Shown here: piece by piece, positions 38,414-49,240 of the stretch
Numbering within the stretch: position 1 is the stretch's first letter
Layout of the letters: each line of letters starts with the position of its first letter
DNA from: a virus
Taxonomy: Duplodnaviria > Caudoviricetes
Strand: one strand, 5' to 3'
Length of the DNA stretch: 64,000 nucleotides
Virus record (IMG/VR): IMGVR_UViG_3300023273_000812
Coordinates: 37,750-101,749 of that record
Position numbers and translations under genes: made by a program
The notes under the pieces: model-generated
What the model saw: the letters and a program-made list of their open reading frames with translations, nothing else
Databases searched by the model: none
What the model was told of the DNA's origin: nothing

Positions 38414-39181
38414 ATGGGAACAGCTATAATAGAAACATCGGTGTCAGGAAAACCTACTATTGTCGGGTCTTCTAGGGAAGACTTGGAGATAGGTGATGTT
38501 GTATTGTTAGACTCTGTAGATGTTGGTAGTAGTTACTCATGGAGTGTTATATATAAGCCAGACTTATCTACAGTAGCCTTTTCGGGTACTCCTATCAATA
38601 AAAGCCCCGGTACAATTACTTTAGACAAAGAAGGTACTTACTTAATAAGACTAATCTTTACAGATGGTACTGGGATAACAGAACAGTTTGTTGGGTTAAC
38701 AGTTCTTACAGAGTATGGTTCTTTACGACTTGTCGCAGGTGGTGAAACATTAGGACCACCAGCAATACCCTCTGACATCTCTCCAACAGGTTGGGCCGAC
38801 ACACAAAACTATAACTTGTTAAAGTTATTACAGTTAATACAAGACACAAAACCTACAATAGAGGTAAAAAGGTATAACTTTGACTTTAACAGTACAGTGC
38901 CACAAGTTATTACAGTTATGGAACCAGAGGAGTGTTTAATAAAAGTTTTTATTAACTGTGACACTCCTTTTAATAGTCTATCACCCACTATTAGTATAGG
39001 GGATGACTTAGATGTAAATAGGTTTGTATCTACCACAGATGTTAATTTAACATCTGTCGGTAAGTATGAGTTTCTAACAATAGATTCCATATCTATTAGT
39101 ACCAATATAAAGTATTACCCAAACTTGGGTACTTCAACCCAAGGAACAGGGACAATCCTTGTGCTAATTCAAAAGTCTTAA
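38414..39181 (+). CDS. virion structural protein with PKD/Ig-like domain (paralog of 37588..38388)
   Basis: Shared SRED..IG.VV, LVAGGE, IP.DI...GWA..QN.NL.KL. Confidence 0.6.
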   Translation: MGTAIIETSVSGKPTIVGSSREDLEIGDVVLLDSVDVGSSYSWSVIYKPDLSTVAFSGTPINKSPGTITLDKEGTYLIRLIFTDGTGITEQFVGLTVLTEYGSLRLVAGGETLGPPAIPSDISPTGWADTQNYNLLKLLQLIQDTKPTIEVKRYNFDFNSTVPQVITVMEPEECLIKVFINCDTPFNSLSPTISIGDDLDVNRFVSTTDVNLTSVGKYEFLTIDSISISTNIKYYPNLGTSTQGTGTILVLIQKS

Positions 39182-39194
39182 TAGGAGATTTATT

Positions 39195-39740
39195 ATGGCT
39201 AATTTTTCTAATCATGACGGGACCATTAAAGCGACATATGCTATTCAAGGTTTAAGTCTGGAAAACTCTGGTGGTGCTCTTTCTATCGGTGGTGCTGGAT
39301 CTTTGGTTACGGCTGCTGTTGCAACACCAACTGCAGGTGAACACGCGGCTACTAAAGCATATGTAGATGCTCAAAACGCTAACCAAGCGTCTTCTACTCA
39401 AGTTGCTTATGACACACACGTTGTAGCCGATGGTGACGGAGTATTCGCTACTACCGCTACTATGCCTGTAGGTGCTTCTGTGTTAAGAGTTACTCTTGAT
39501 GTAACTACTGCTTATGACCAACCTTCTACTATCAAGTTAGGTATTGCTGGTGACGCGGAAGCTTTCTTAGCGGCTGGTGAGATTGATCTTACTGTCGCTG
39601 GAACTTACATCATTGATGTTGCTTACACCAACGGTGGTCCAGCTGCAGCGGCTTTCCAAATTGACTTCACTGGTGGAGTTGGTTTGAGTGCTGGTGCCTT
39701 AAGAGTATTTTATTCTTATGTTGACACCCCTGCTGTGTAA
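39195..39740 (+). CDS. virion structural/fibre protein
   Basis: HAATKAYVD trimeric-fibre motif; Ala/Gly-rich; MCP-like codon usage. Confidence 0.6.
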   Translation: MANFSNHDGTIKATYAIQGLSLENSGGALSIGGAGSLVTAAVATPTAGEHAATKAYVDAQNANQASSTQVAYDTHVVADGDGVFATTATMPVGASVLRVTLDVTTAYDQPSTIKLGIAGDAEAFLAAGEIDLTVAGTYIIDVAYTNGGPAAAAFQIDFTGGVGLSAGALRVFYSYVDTPAV

Positions 39741-39750
39741 TAGGTAGTTA

Positions 39751-42700
39751 ATGCCTGTTTACCTGTCAGGTCCTTTAAGTAATACTGGTTATGGTAGTTC
39801 TACCTACGGGGATTACTATTATGGCAGTATTGCTTTACCCCGACCACCTGTGGCTACCACAGGTGGTTTTGGTGGTAATTCCTATTCTACATCTTCTTAT
39901 GGAAGTGCTGGATATGACTTACCTAGAATAACTTACGCCATAAGTTTATCGGGGTTCGTTATTAGAGTATACTTTTCTGCACAAATAGAAAACAACGCAG
40001 ATTTAGTTAATATAAACAATTACTTACTCTCAGAAATATATGGTGTACCTGTTACTATTTTACAAGTAACACCAGCTCTTTTTGGAGAGTTTGGTGTTCT
40101 TGCTATAGATCTTATACATACAGGAACAACACTAGGTGGAAACTACCACTTACAGATTTTTAACATTATTACATCTGTTAATGGTTGGGAATTAATAACA
40201 CCTGGTAATGAGATAAGTTTCTATACTTTAGGAGATACTGGGTACTCAGTAGCCACTTTAGATAGTCCCGATAATGGTAAAACTGTTAACTTACAGTTTT
40301 ACGATTCCTTAGATAGACCCCAACCTTTACTAACAGAACTTGAGTTTTCACCTGGTGTTGAGGATGTAAACTCTTATAGTTTTAATACGGACTATCCTAT
40401 ACAACCAGTAATAACAAGTGTTGTACAAAATCTAGACTTAAGTACAGTACGAATGAGTGTGGATTATATGACAACACTGGATTATGATGTTGTTAGTGGT
40501 CCGGCTTCTAGTATGGATTATACTGGTGGGTACTTACCCGAAGACAGTACAGAGTTTACAGGTGTACCTGTAGGTGTTGGTACATCCAGTGTTGCTACAG
40601 ATGGGTTATTTTTATCTAAAACAAATTCTAATGTTTATGGGTATGAGTTTTTAGACACAAGTACAAAACTGTTACCTAACTCTTCTTTTAGATTCGATTT
40701 TAAATTAGACTTTACACAAACTACTATCAATCCACCAGTGTTGGATAGTATCTTTACTACTTTACATATTAGTGATGGTCTTGTAGGTATTACATTAAAC
40801 TTACGAGATGTAAGTGGTTACAAAATTATACAAATTGTATCCGGTACATACACAACCGAAGTTTTATGTGATTGGACAGATGGTTCTAGGATCTCTTTAT
40901 TAAGAAATCAAAAGGCTGGTGTTTATACTGTAATTTGTAATGGTTATCCACAACATAGTTTTCCCGTTACCTCTGTAAACGGCACACCTACAATAGCCTC
41001 TGGTGTTTCTTTTGTATTAGATGGAAACTATGATGTTAGTTTATTAAAGTTAACACAACTAAAAGTTACTTCTTCTCAAACATTATTTACTAATGCTTGG
41101 AACTTTATTCATAATATGACAACCTCTTTGTTAGGTTCTGGTTTACTTACTAATGGTACACTTAAAACCAAACGAGGTCCTCTGGTTAGAGGTTGGGGTG
41201 ATAACACTCCAGCTGAAATAGAAGATGTTCATGTTTATATAGACGGTTTAAAAATAACCTTACAAGGCGTAAATCCGTACATAGGGGAAGTTTATCCTTT
41301 AGTACCTATTCCACTTATACCAATTGGATTGTTTACAATAACAGTGGATTACAAGTGGTTTAAGAACCCACAGATGGGTATGCTTGGATTAAACAAGCAT
41401 GGACTTAACTTAAACACTTGGGATCGTAGTATAAACCGGAATACTACTTCTACACAAACTAGTTTAGGTGTAACTAAGACTAATAGATTTCCGATGGGTA
41501 TCTCTTTAGGTCCAACACAAAGATCTATACCAAAGGAAATAGGTTATAAGTACATAGGCTTCCAAAATGATTATTCAGCCTTACTTAATAGTCAACACCT
41601 TTTACTTTTAAACAAAAATCCACACGCTATTAGTGAAGGAAATATACAAGCCTCAGCGGTATTAGATAAAGGTTTGTTTAACGGAAGAACAACACCAACA
41701 GAGGCTGGTTGGAGTATCTTTGGTTTAGATACAGGTTATGTAAACACAGATGGCACATATACATTAGTAGACAACACAAGTGGGTCTTACAGTTTAGGTT
41801 ATGAGGCTAACTACTATAAGGAAACAGACCTAAGTTTAGAAACTTTTCTTACTTTAATTGGTCGTTTTAAAATAGACACTTACACACCAGATGGTGTGTT
41901 TACAGGTGTGGGTGTAGGTGTTTATGATGGGTCTAATGTAGGCCTAGTAGGAGCCTTAGATATAAACGGAGTTCAACACTTTGGTTTATTGTTAGATGGT
42001 ACTAATCCACATCTACAAGACAGTTGGGAAATAGGTTTTAAAGTAGAAGCCACTGGTTTAACACAAAACATTATTACAATAGATTATAGTAGTTTACCTA
42101 ATGGTGTGGCTAGTGGGGATCGTCTTGTAATATATGAAGGTGGTCAGTCTGGTATATATACTATAGCTTCTTGTGGTTTAAACTTGGCTGGTAATGTTGT
42201 AGAAATTACTTTAGTAGAGACATTACCTTTAAATGTTAATCAGATAGGACAAGACAAGTTTAACATATACTTCGAAACTAAATGGGATACGGACTTAGTA
42301 AGTGTTCGTAATGTATACAACTATCCGACAGGTACTATTGATGTTTACATAGGCTCTAACATCTCAGGATTGTTCTTAAGTAATCAAACATTAATACCTT
42401 ATCCAGCACAAACTAGTTTACTGTTACCTAATCCAGATAAAGGTGTTGTATTTTGGGGTTCTATTTCTCGTAAGGCCACCAACACAAGTACTTGGGACTT
42501 AGTACAGTATATTAACAGTCCTGTTCAGTTATTAGAAACCTTACAAGGTAAAACTGTTTCCTTAGATATGAACACATTACCACAACAAGAATCTATGTTT
42601 TATCTTGTTGGAGGTTTTGGCTCACAATTTGTAGACAGTGGGTTGTTAACTTTAAATACGGATAGTTCTTCTAATACTATTGATGTAACAAACTACTATG

Positions 42701-44787
42701 AAACAGTAGAGCCTTATTTAAGTAATAAAACCAAAGTAGATGTTCAAACCACTTTCAATGTCACACTAGGAAATAACTCTTATGGTGAACATGAAGTATA
42801 TATGGAAGACGGTAAAAGAAGGGCTTCTTTATACACATTAAGGTACTACGAAGATCCTGTGGGTAGATATTTACTTACAGATACACCTACTATATCTTTG
42901 TCTGGTTTATTAGCGCCACAAAATGATGGGTGGGTATCTACAGGTACAGTAGATGTTAATACAACAGTTACAGGTCAAACTTTAAATATAGACAAGACTA
43001 GTACACAAATTACATCGTGGAATAAGAGTCTAACAGATACACAATTTAGTTTAGGTTGTGTGTTCGAAACCACTTTAACTTTTAACTCTTACACATTAGG
43101 TACAGCGCCTTTAAATGTAGTCCTAGATGTTGTAGGTGTAGGAGAGTCAAGACAAGTAATAATAAAGTGGGAACCCACACAAGTATTAGTTACGGATAGT
43201 GTAGGCACTGTTTTAATAACTTACCCAATAAGTCTTGTAGACAGTACACAACACACATATAAACTAGTGTGTGACCCACAAGGTGATGTTGTAAGTTTAT
43301 TTGTAGACAACACATTACAAGGTACTACTTTATATAGTAGTCTTACTTTAAGTTCTAAAGTCTTTTCTGTAGGTTTTAACTGTACTGGCACATCTGTTTA
43401 CAATATAGACTTAGACTACTTGTACTTAATCCCATACACTTTACATCCTTCACAAAAGACAACAATAGGACTTCTTAAAAGGGATGGTTCTTTAAATGAC
43501 ATAAACAGTTATGTTATACCTAGAACAGATGGTACACAGGCTCTAAACTCCAGTCTAACTGCTATACCTTTTGAACAAGACTTTACATCACCCTTACAAG
43601 TTAGATTACTTAGAGATCCTACACTAGGATTAGCTTTGTACTTACCAAACGAGTTAATGCCTAATGGTAATGTTTACATACCAGGGACAGAGGAAGTAAG
43701 TAACGCTTGGGCTTATGTTGAGTATAGAAACTTACCTGTACATATTACACAAAGGGGACATATTGGCTTTGGTAGTGTTTTACCTCAAGTTATATCTCAA
43801 GTAGTAGTGGACGACTTTACATACAGTGTAAAGAAACCTAATGTAGATTATGGTGTGGCCCCACAAGGTATGGTTTTAAACAGGGCTATTACTTTAACTT
43901 CTGGAGAATATAACTACGACATATCTTTAGAGGACTATACTTTCGAGTCAAGGTCTTCTACTTTAGTTTATATACCTGATAGTGGTGTATATGCTTCTAG
44001 AGTGTTTAAGTTAATAGTGGACAATGTAGTAATACCTAGTACAGACTATACTTTTGATAGGTTAACTCAGTACATTGTATTAAGCACACCACTAACAAGT
44101 TCTACTGTAAGAGTTATTTTCAATCCCGGTAATCCTATAAGTAAAACTTACTTATGTTCACAGCCTGTAAACCAAACTGTTACAGTTCTGAACGAAGGTA
44201 CACCAATAATCCCAACAAGTAAAGATTACTATTCGGATGTTCAGGTTTGTACAAAAGAACAAGGTAATGATGTACCAATTACGTTTATAGATGATAATAC
44301 AGGCTTTCAAGATATAGAAATAGAAGGACACTTTACAACGGACAACAAACCTTTAGAACAAGGTGTTGCAGGTGTGTATAATAAAAGTAGTTCTATTATA
44401 TCTGGTACGGCCACATTACATAACGCACCGGCATTACATTTAAGTGGTGGGTCTTACACTGGTATGGTATTACCAACAAGTACTGTCTCTACAATGTTGT
44501 ACACTAACATACCTGGTCAACAGATGGGTATGAACCAACAAACACTAATACAGTTAAGTAACATTACACATGAGGATACTTTTACAGGTATTGACGATAA
44601 TAACTCGTGTGCGTACACTATAACGGATTATGGTATTAGTACAGACAGATTAGGGCCTTGGGGTGGGCTAACATCTTTAACGGAAGCCTTGTTGGGTGGT
44701 GGTGTTCAAGAATCCGTAGAGTTATTTGTACTGCAAGGAGGTACACAAATTATACCTCCTACAATCACAGAAGGTGTTTTAAGTTAG
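39751..44787 (+). CDS. very large virion structural protein (baseplate/tail-associated, putative)
   Basis: 1678 aa, T/S/G/Y-rich beta protein with Ig- and lectin-like segments, in a structural operon. Confidence 0.6.
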   Translation: MPVYLSGPLSNTGYGSSTYGDYYYGSIALPRPPVATTGGFGGNSYSTSSYGSAGYDLPRITYAISLSGFVIRVYFSAQIENNADLVNINNYLLSEIYGVPVTILQVTPALFGEFGVLAIDLIHTGTTLGGNYHLQIFNIITSVNGWELITPGNEISFYTLGDTGYSVATLDSPDNGKTVNLQFYDSLDRPQPLLTELEFSPGVEDVNSYSFNTDYPIQPVITSVVQNLDLSTVRMSVDYMTTLDYDVVSGPASSMDYTGGYLPEDSTEFTGVPVGVGTSSVATDGLFLSKTNSNVYGYEFLDTSTKLLPNSSFRFDFKLDFTQTTINPPVLDSIFTTLHISDGLVGITLNLRDVSGYKIIQIVSGTYTTEVLCDWTDGSRISLLRNQKAGVYTVICNGYPQHSFPVTSVNGTPTIASGVSFVLDGNYDVSLLKLTQLKVTSSQTLFTNAWNFIHNMTTSLLGSGLLTNGTLKTKRGPLVRGWGDNTPAEIEDVHVYIDGLKITLQGVNPYIGEVYPLVPIPLIPIGLFTITVDYKWFKNPQMGMLGLNKHGLNLNTWDRSINRNTTSTQTSLGVTKTNRFPMGISLGPTQRSIPKEIGYKYIGFQNDYSALLNSQHLLLLNKNPHAISEGNIQASAVLDKGLFNGRTTPTEAGWSIFGLDTGYVNTDGTYTLVDNTSGSYSLGYEANYYKETDLSLETFLTLIGRFKIDTYTPDGVFTGVGVGVYDGSNVGLVGALDINGVQHFGLLLDGTNPHLQDSWEIGFKVEATGLTQNIITIDYSSLPNGVASGDRLVIYEGGQSGIYTIASCGLNLAGNVVEITLVETLPLNVNQIGQDKFNIYFETKWDTDLVSVRNVYNYPTGTIDVYIGSNISGLFLSNQTLIPYPAQTSLLLPNPDKGVVFWGSISRKATNTSTWDLVQYINSPVQLLETLQGKTVSLDMNTLPQQESMFYLVGGFGSQFVDSGLLTLNTDSSSNTIDVTNYYETVEPYLSNKTKVDVQTTFNVTLGNNSYGEHEVYMEDGKRRASLYTLRYYEDPVGRYLLTDTPTISLSGLLAPQNDGWVSTGTVDVNTTVTGQTLNIDKTSTQITSWNKSLTDTQFSLGCVFETTLTFNSYTLGTAPLNVVLDVVGVGESRQVIIKWEPTQVLVTDSVGTVLITYPISLVDSTQHTYKLVCDPQGDVVSLFVDNTLQGTTLYSSLTLSSKVFSVGFNCTGTSVYNIDLDYLYLIPYTLHPSQKTTIGLLKRDGSLNDINSYVIPRTDGTQALNSSLTAIPFEQDFTSPLQVRLLRDPTLGLALYLPNELMPNGNVYIPGTEEVSNAWAYVEYRNLPVHITQRGHIGFGSVLPQVISQVVVDDFTYSVKKPNVDYGVAPQGMVLNRAITLTSGEYNYDISLEDYTFESRSSTLVYIPDSGVYASRVFKLIVDNVVIPSTDYTFDRLTQYIVLSTPLTSSTVRVIFNPGNPISKTYLCSQPVNQTVTVLNEGTPIIPTSKDYYSDVQVCTKEQGNDVPITFIDDNTGFQDIEIEGHFTTDNKPLEQGVAGVYNKSSSIISGTATLHNAPALHLSGGSYTGMVLPTSTVSTMLYTNIPGQQMGMNQQTLIQLSNITHEDTFTGIDDNNSCAYTITDYGISTDRLGPWGGLTSLTEALLGGGVQESVELFVLQGGTQIIPPTITEGVLS

Positions 44788-44842
44788 TTTACTTTAACTG
44801 TTAAAACTCAACTAATACTTTATGTACAACAAGAAAAGTAAA

Positions 44843-45508
44843 CTAGTGAGTAAAAGAGTAAGGAAAGTCCATATCCTCTTTTACATATAAAGAGGGTGTG
44901 TCTGTGTCTGTCATTGTCCACTTAAAACAATTAATATAGACGCTATCCGCAAACCTTACCCAGTCTATCATTTCTTCGTCATACAGATTAATGTAATCTG
45001 TTTCTACAGTAGAGTTAGACTCTGGTAAACACAACAAAGTATCAAAACCACTTTGTGTTTTATTGAGGTTAATATAAAAATCTGGAGTGTTCTTATATGT
45101 TGTCTTAAACAACCAAGAACAGTATCCTAAACCACTACACATATAGTCATCATACACATCATTCATATTTGTAGTGTTCCATAAAACCACACTATTAGGT
45201 TCTGGTATTACATCTAAGGCGTGTGTTAAAGTGTGTAGGACACTTTTAAAGTCTGTATTACCTCTACCAAGAACTTGTAAAAGTTCCTGTTTATTTTGTA
45301 AAGAGACATAAAAGTCTACATACCACTTCCAAGGGTTAGTAACACCTGCAACAACACTTTTATTTTTAACTAAGGACATTGGTAATCCGAATGTATTAAT
45401 ATGGCCACTAACGATCTTAAAGTTAGGTTGGTTTTGTAATAATGGTGATAAACTATCTTGTGTTAAGATAGGGGGTACATATAAAAGATTGTGAGTGACA
45501 TAAACCAT
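44843..45508 (-). CDS. degenerate sulfotransferase-fold protein (putative)
   Basis: GH, V.NPW.WYV..Y and Y......WV...D...I..F match the Sulfotransferase_2 layout, but the PKTxGT loop is absent. Confidence 0.45.
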   Translation of the reverse strand: MVYVTHNLLYVPPILTQDSLSPLLQNQPNFKIVSGHINTFGLPMSLVKNKSVVAGVTNPWKWYVDFYVSLQNKQELLQVLGRGNTDFKSVLHTLTHALDVIPEPNSVVLWNTTNMNDVYDDYMCSGLGYCSWLFKTTYKNTPDFYINLNKTQSGFDTLLCLPESNSTVETDYINLYDEEMIDWVRFADSVYINCFKWTMTDTDTPSLYVKEDMDFPYSFTH

Positions 45509-45831
45509 TAGTTTTTATCTTCCTGAGATTCTTCTTCACTAGGTAAGTCTTGTTCTAACTGTTCAAACTTTTCGATGTTTTCGATTAGTTCTTTAAGTTC
45601 GAAAATACGACCAGAGATGTTATCCGCAAGTTTCTGGTTTTCCACTTTCCAGTTTTCTAACTCTTCGTCCATCTGTTGGAACTTTTGTGTTAGTCCAGCC
45701 ATTTCCATTAAACGAGCCTTTTCTCTTTCGTTGTGTTGTTTAATACGACCAAAGTGATTAGACATCTCTTTAAGTTCCGCTTGAAACTTTTTAACTCTGT
45801 CTTGTAAAAACTCTTTGTTTAAAGTAATCAT
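45508..45831 (-). CDS. coiled-coil protein
   Basis: AGGAG RBS; heptad pattern. Confidence 0.65.
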   Translation of the reverse strand: MITLNKEFLQDRVKKFQAELKEMSNHFGRIKQHNEREKARLMEMAGLTQKFQQMDEELENWKVENQKLADNISGRIFELKELIENIEKFEQLEQDLPSEEESQEDKN

Positions 45832-45840
45832 GTATACTCC

Positions 45841-46221
45841 TTACTTAGGTCTTGTAAAAGACACTTTAAGACCCCTATCTATATATACAACCTCTTTATC
45901 ACAATCCTCACCATAAAACAGATCTACAATCTCCTCAGACACTACTTTTACACCCCTACTTAGTATCTCACCTGTCATTACACCATATATTTGTGTACTA
46001 GGTGTAAGTGTATTAGGTACTAACATTGTAAGTTTATATCTGGAAGCGTCCGAGGGTACAGGGTCCATTAGAGTTCCCTCTGGTACAATAGGAACTTTAG
46101 TACCTCCAGTATCGAAATAAAAAACTTCAATAGAGGCAATGTCTGGATCAAACTTTTGTCCAGCGTCGTCTAAGAACAAGATTGTAAAAGTATAAGAGTC
46201 ACCAATAACACACTTACCCAT
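45841..46221 (-). CDS. hypothetical Ig-like protein
   Basis: Resembles the N-terminal domain of 60632..61531 (F.D..G...D, I..F.D..., M.VP...TP). Confidence 0.55.
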   Translation of the reverse strand: MGKCVIGDSYTFTILFLDDAGQKFDPDIASIEVFYFDTGGTKVPIVPEGTLMDPVPSDASRYKLTMLVPNTLTPSTQIYGVMTGEILSRGVKVVSEEIVDLFYGEDCDKEVVYIDRGLKVSFTRPK

Positions 46222-46372
46222 TTTTCTTTCCCTCTGTTAGTTGTTCAAACTCTTCTTTTGTTACCCATTTAATCCCTGTCCAAAATAAATTATCCTTTTG
46301 TGTACCCACAGCAATTGGTAATTGTGTTGTTTTAACAGGGGTTATTCCTACACTTGTTTTAGTGAACGCCAT
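46214..46372 (-). CDS. small hypothetical protein (52 aa, not in ORF track)
   Basis: GGAG RBS; MAFTKTSVGITPVKTTQLPIAVGTQKDNLFWTGIKWVTKEEFEQLTEGKKNG*; overlaps the start of the next gene. Confidence 0.6.
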   Translation of the reverse strand: MAFTKTSVGITPVKTTQLPIAVGTQKDNLFWTGIKWVTKEEFEQLTEGKKNG

Positions 46373-46577
46373 TTTTATACTCTCCAGTTTACAATAGTAC
46401 CTTTATACAGTAGTCCTAGTATATAAAAGATAGTTAGATTATTTTTGTTTAAAAAAGTTTAATTATTTTTTAATAGTTAGTCTATACCTGTTCCATATAG
46501 GTACATAGACTTCATATTAGATATATTAAAGATTGAGATACTCGTGCTAATGTATTTTTTAGACTAAGGAGTCTATT

Positions 46578-48470
46578 ATGGCATTTAAGGCTATTTCTCT
46601 TAACGAAGCGTCAGGTAAAATCCAAAAGGTAAAAGCATCAGAAGTGATGATCCTTGAAGGTTCTTTATCTGTCTCTGAAAGTGTATCTGTTCAACAAGAT
46701 GTTACTATCCAAGGTAACTTGACTGTTCTAGGTGCTTCTTCTGAAATCGAAATCAAGGATGCGAAAATTCTTGACGCTGTCATTGATTTAGGTATGGAAG
46801 ATAACGGTCTTGGTGGTTTAGGATTACCTACTGTTAACTCTGCAGGTATTAATGTTTACGGATTCCAGTTGAACTACTGGGACGGAGCAGCTCCAGCAAT
46901 CGCTTCTATCAAGTTTGACAAGACCTCTATGAAGTGGACTTTCATCCCTGGATTGATTGTTTCTGACTTAGAAGGTAATGCTTCTACTGCTACTACTTTG
47001 TTAAACCCACAAGACTTTGAAATCTCTGGTGACATCGTTGCCGCTAAGGTTTCTTTCGATGGTTCTGCTGGTGTTAACTTAGTATCTGTTATCCAACCAC
47101 AAGCGGTTGAGTTCTCAATGATGGACTCAGCAGCTTATCGTGACTCTGTAGAAGCTATTCGTGGTTCTTTAACTGCTAGTGACACTGAGTTCGCTACTGA
47201 AAAGGCAATCGCTCTTTTCGTAGAAGGTGCTGTTTCTAACTTGTCTAGTAACTTACAAGCAGAATTAGACGCTACTCAAGTTGCTGTTATTGGTTCTGAC
47301 ACTACTGCTAGTTATGTTTACGCACCACCTGCTGGATCTAACTACTTAGCAGCCGCTACATCTATGATGGACGCAGACGCTAAGTTGGACGCTCAAATTG
47401 CTCTTGTACAAGGTGAGTTGGATGGCACTCAAACAGGTGCTGGACTTGCAGCGGATGGTTCTTACACTGCTGTTGGAACTCGTAACTACATTGGTGCTGC
47501 TACTTCTTTGGATGATGCAGATGCTAAGTTGGATGCTGCTATTAAAGTTAACGAAGATGCTATTGCACAAGAAGTTACTGATAGAACACAAGCAATCACT
47601 GACTTGAAGTTTGTTGGTATTGGTTCTTCTAACCAATCTGTCGCTGCTCCGTTAGTACTTACTATCGAAGACTTAGACTCTACTTTGAGCGATGCTGATC
47701 TTCGTTTGGCTTCTAACTATAGCAAACGTCTTGGCTTTACTGTTAAAGGTACTGCTCTTACTAATAACTACATGGTTATTGATGCTAACGGTACTAGTAA
47801 AGACTTCGAATGGAGTATGTCTATCGAAGAAAACGGCGCTAACTTCCCTGCTCAAGGTGCTGCGTCACAAGGTACTTTTGCTTCTACTCAAGCAATCGTC
47901 GACTATGTACAAGCAGAGTTGTCTACATTGCAAGCAGCTATCACAGCGGCTTCTCAATGGGATTACGATGTTAACGGGGCTGTTGGTACTTTGGACTTCG
48001 CTTCTGGTGAGTCTTTCAAAATCACTTCTAGTGGTTCTTATGGAATTCTTGCTTCTGTTGATCCTCTTACTGACACTGTTCACTTTGAGTTAGATGCTAA
48101 CATTGCTACAGAACACTTGTACTTCAGCAAAGAACTTGTTCAAGACACAGGTGTTCTTGGATCAGTAGCGGCTTACGAATTGTTGAAGTCTGACTTGTCT
48201 GTCCCTACAGATAACGCAGAAAGAGTATTCGCAATGTCTGCTGGTGTTTCTCCAGATGGAAACCAATTGATCTTCGTTAACGGCCAAGTTATCCAAGATA
48301 TGGGTGCTGCTGTTTCAGGATTCGCTGTTGGTGATGACATCTTCTTGAGTGCTGGTGGTCAAATGACTAATGTTGCTCCATCTACTACTGGTGCGGGTGA
48401 GTTAATCCAAATCGGTAAGATGACAGCTGCTGGATTGTACTTGGAAATCCGTCACATCATGACTTACTAA
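46578..48470 (+). CDS. tail/head fibre-like protein
   Basis: GNLTV.G, L.GNASTAT.L...FDGS fibre motifs, two NY..AATS..DADAKLD repeats, coiled coils, C-terminal G....GD.IFLS..G.....P domain. Confidence 0.7.
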   Translation: MAFKAISLNEASGKIQKVKASEVMILEGSLSVSESVSVQQDVTIQGNLTVLGASSEIEIKDAKILDAVIDLGMEDNGLGGLGLPTVNSAGINVYGFQLNYWDGAAPAIASIKFDKTSMKWTFIPGLIVSDLEGNASTATTLLNPQDFEISGDIVAAKVSFDGSAGVNLVSVIQPQAVEFSMMDSAAYRDSVEAIRGSLTASDTEFATEKAIALFVEGAVSNLSSNLQAELDATQVAVIGSDTTASYVYAPPAGSNYLAAATSMMDADAKLDAQIALVQGELDGTQTGAGLAADGSYTAVGTRNYIGAATSLDDADAKLDAAIKVNEDAIAQEVTDRTQAITDLKFVGIGSSNQSVAAPLVLTIEDLDSTLSDADLRLASNYSKRLGFTVKGTALTNNYMVIDANGTSKDFEWSMSIEENGANFPAQGAASQGTFASTQAIVDYVQAELSTLQAAITAASQWDYDVNGAVGTLDFASGESFKITSSGSYGILASVDPLTDTVHFELDANIATEHLYFSKELVQDTGVLGSVAAYELLKSDLSVPTDNAERVFAMSAGVSPDGNQLIFVNGQVIQDMGAAVSGFAVGDDIFLSAGGQMTNVAPSTTGAGELIQIGKMTAAGLYLEIRHIMTY

Positions 48471-48513
48471 TCTAGGTTAGTTGGTTTACTTAGTTCTACT
48501 AAGTAATGTGGCT

Positions 48514-48542
48514 AGGGAGATAGGGAAACCTATCTCCCTTTT
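48514..48542 (+). terminator. intrinsic terminator
   Basis: AGGGAGATAGG-GAAA-CCTATCTCCCT plus T-run. Confidence 0.85.
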
Positions 48543-48593
48543 ATTTTGTTTATATGGTCTATATGTTGTAACTATACATACAGGTAGGAAACT

Positions 48594-48926
48594 ATGTTTA
48601 AGTATTCAAGATCCAAAGTACAATTAAACAGTACAAACGAATTACAGGCCGGTTTAGGAGACACTATTTTAGAAATGTTCTTCCTTCAAGAGTTAACAGT
48701 AAGGGGTATTGCCACAGAAATACAAACTCGTAAGTTAGCCCTTATTAAAGATGTACTAAATCAAACTGTTTTGGATTTCGGTATGGATTGTAATATGGAT
48801 ATGATTCCAGATAGTATCCAAGACATTGACTTAGATACTATGGCAGAGACTTCATGTTGTAGGATTACTAACTCTACAGCAACAACACAAAGAAGAAAAA
48901 CTTCTTCTTCTAGAAGACAAAAATAG
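48594..48926 (+). CDS. hypothetical protein
   Basis: DCNMDMIPD possible Ca-binding loop. Confidence 0.55.
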   Translation: MFKYSRSKVQLNSTNELQAGLGDTILEMFFLQELTVRGIATEIQTRKLALIKDVLNQTVLDFGMDCNMDMIPDSIQDIDLDTMAETSCCRITNSTATTQRRKTSSSRRQK

Positions 48927-48941
48927 AACTGAGGAGATACA

Positions 48942-49238
48942 ATGTTCTTAATGTTATTAACCGCTTATGGTTTATGTTTCTTTTTAATGAATAAGGCTAC
49001 TTTTCTATATAATAGAGTAGCGTTCTTTGACAAGATGTTCCAATGTGCTTTCTGTACAGGATTCCACACAGGTTGGATTTCTTTTGTACTACACACATTA
49101 GTTATTAAAGGTAGTGTATTATCTAATTGGCAAGACTTCCTAAGTGCTATCTTATTTGGATTTGCTAGTGCTTGTACTAGTTACTTGTTAGATAACTTAG
49201 GACAAGTGTTGGAAGCCTATATTCATCAAGAGGAATAA
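48942..49238 (+). CDS. membrane protein, DUF1360-like
   Basis: Hydrophobic helices around CAFCTGFH.GW. Confidence 0.55.
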   Translation: MFLMLLTAYGLCFFLMNKATFLYNRVAFFDKMFQCAFCTGFHTGWISFVLHTLVIKGSVLSNWQDFLSAILFGFASACTSYLLDNLGQVLEAYIHQEE

Positions 49239-49240
49239 AA

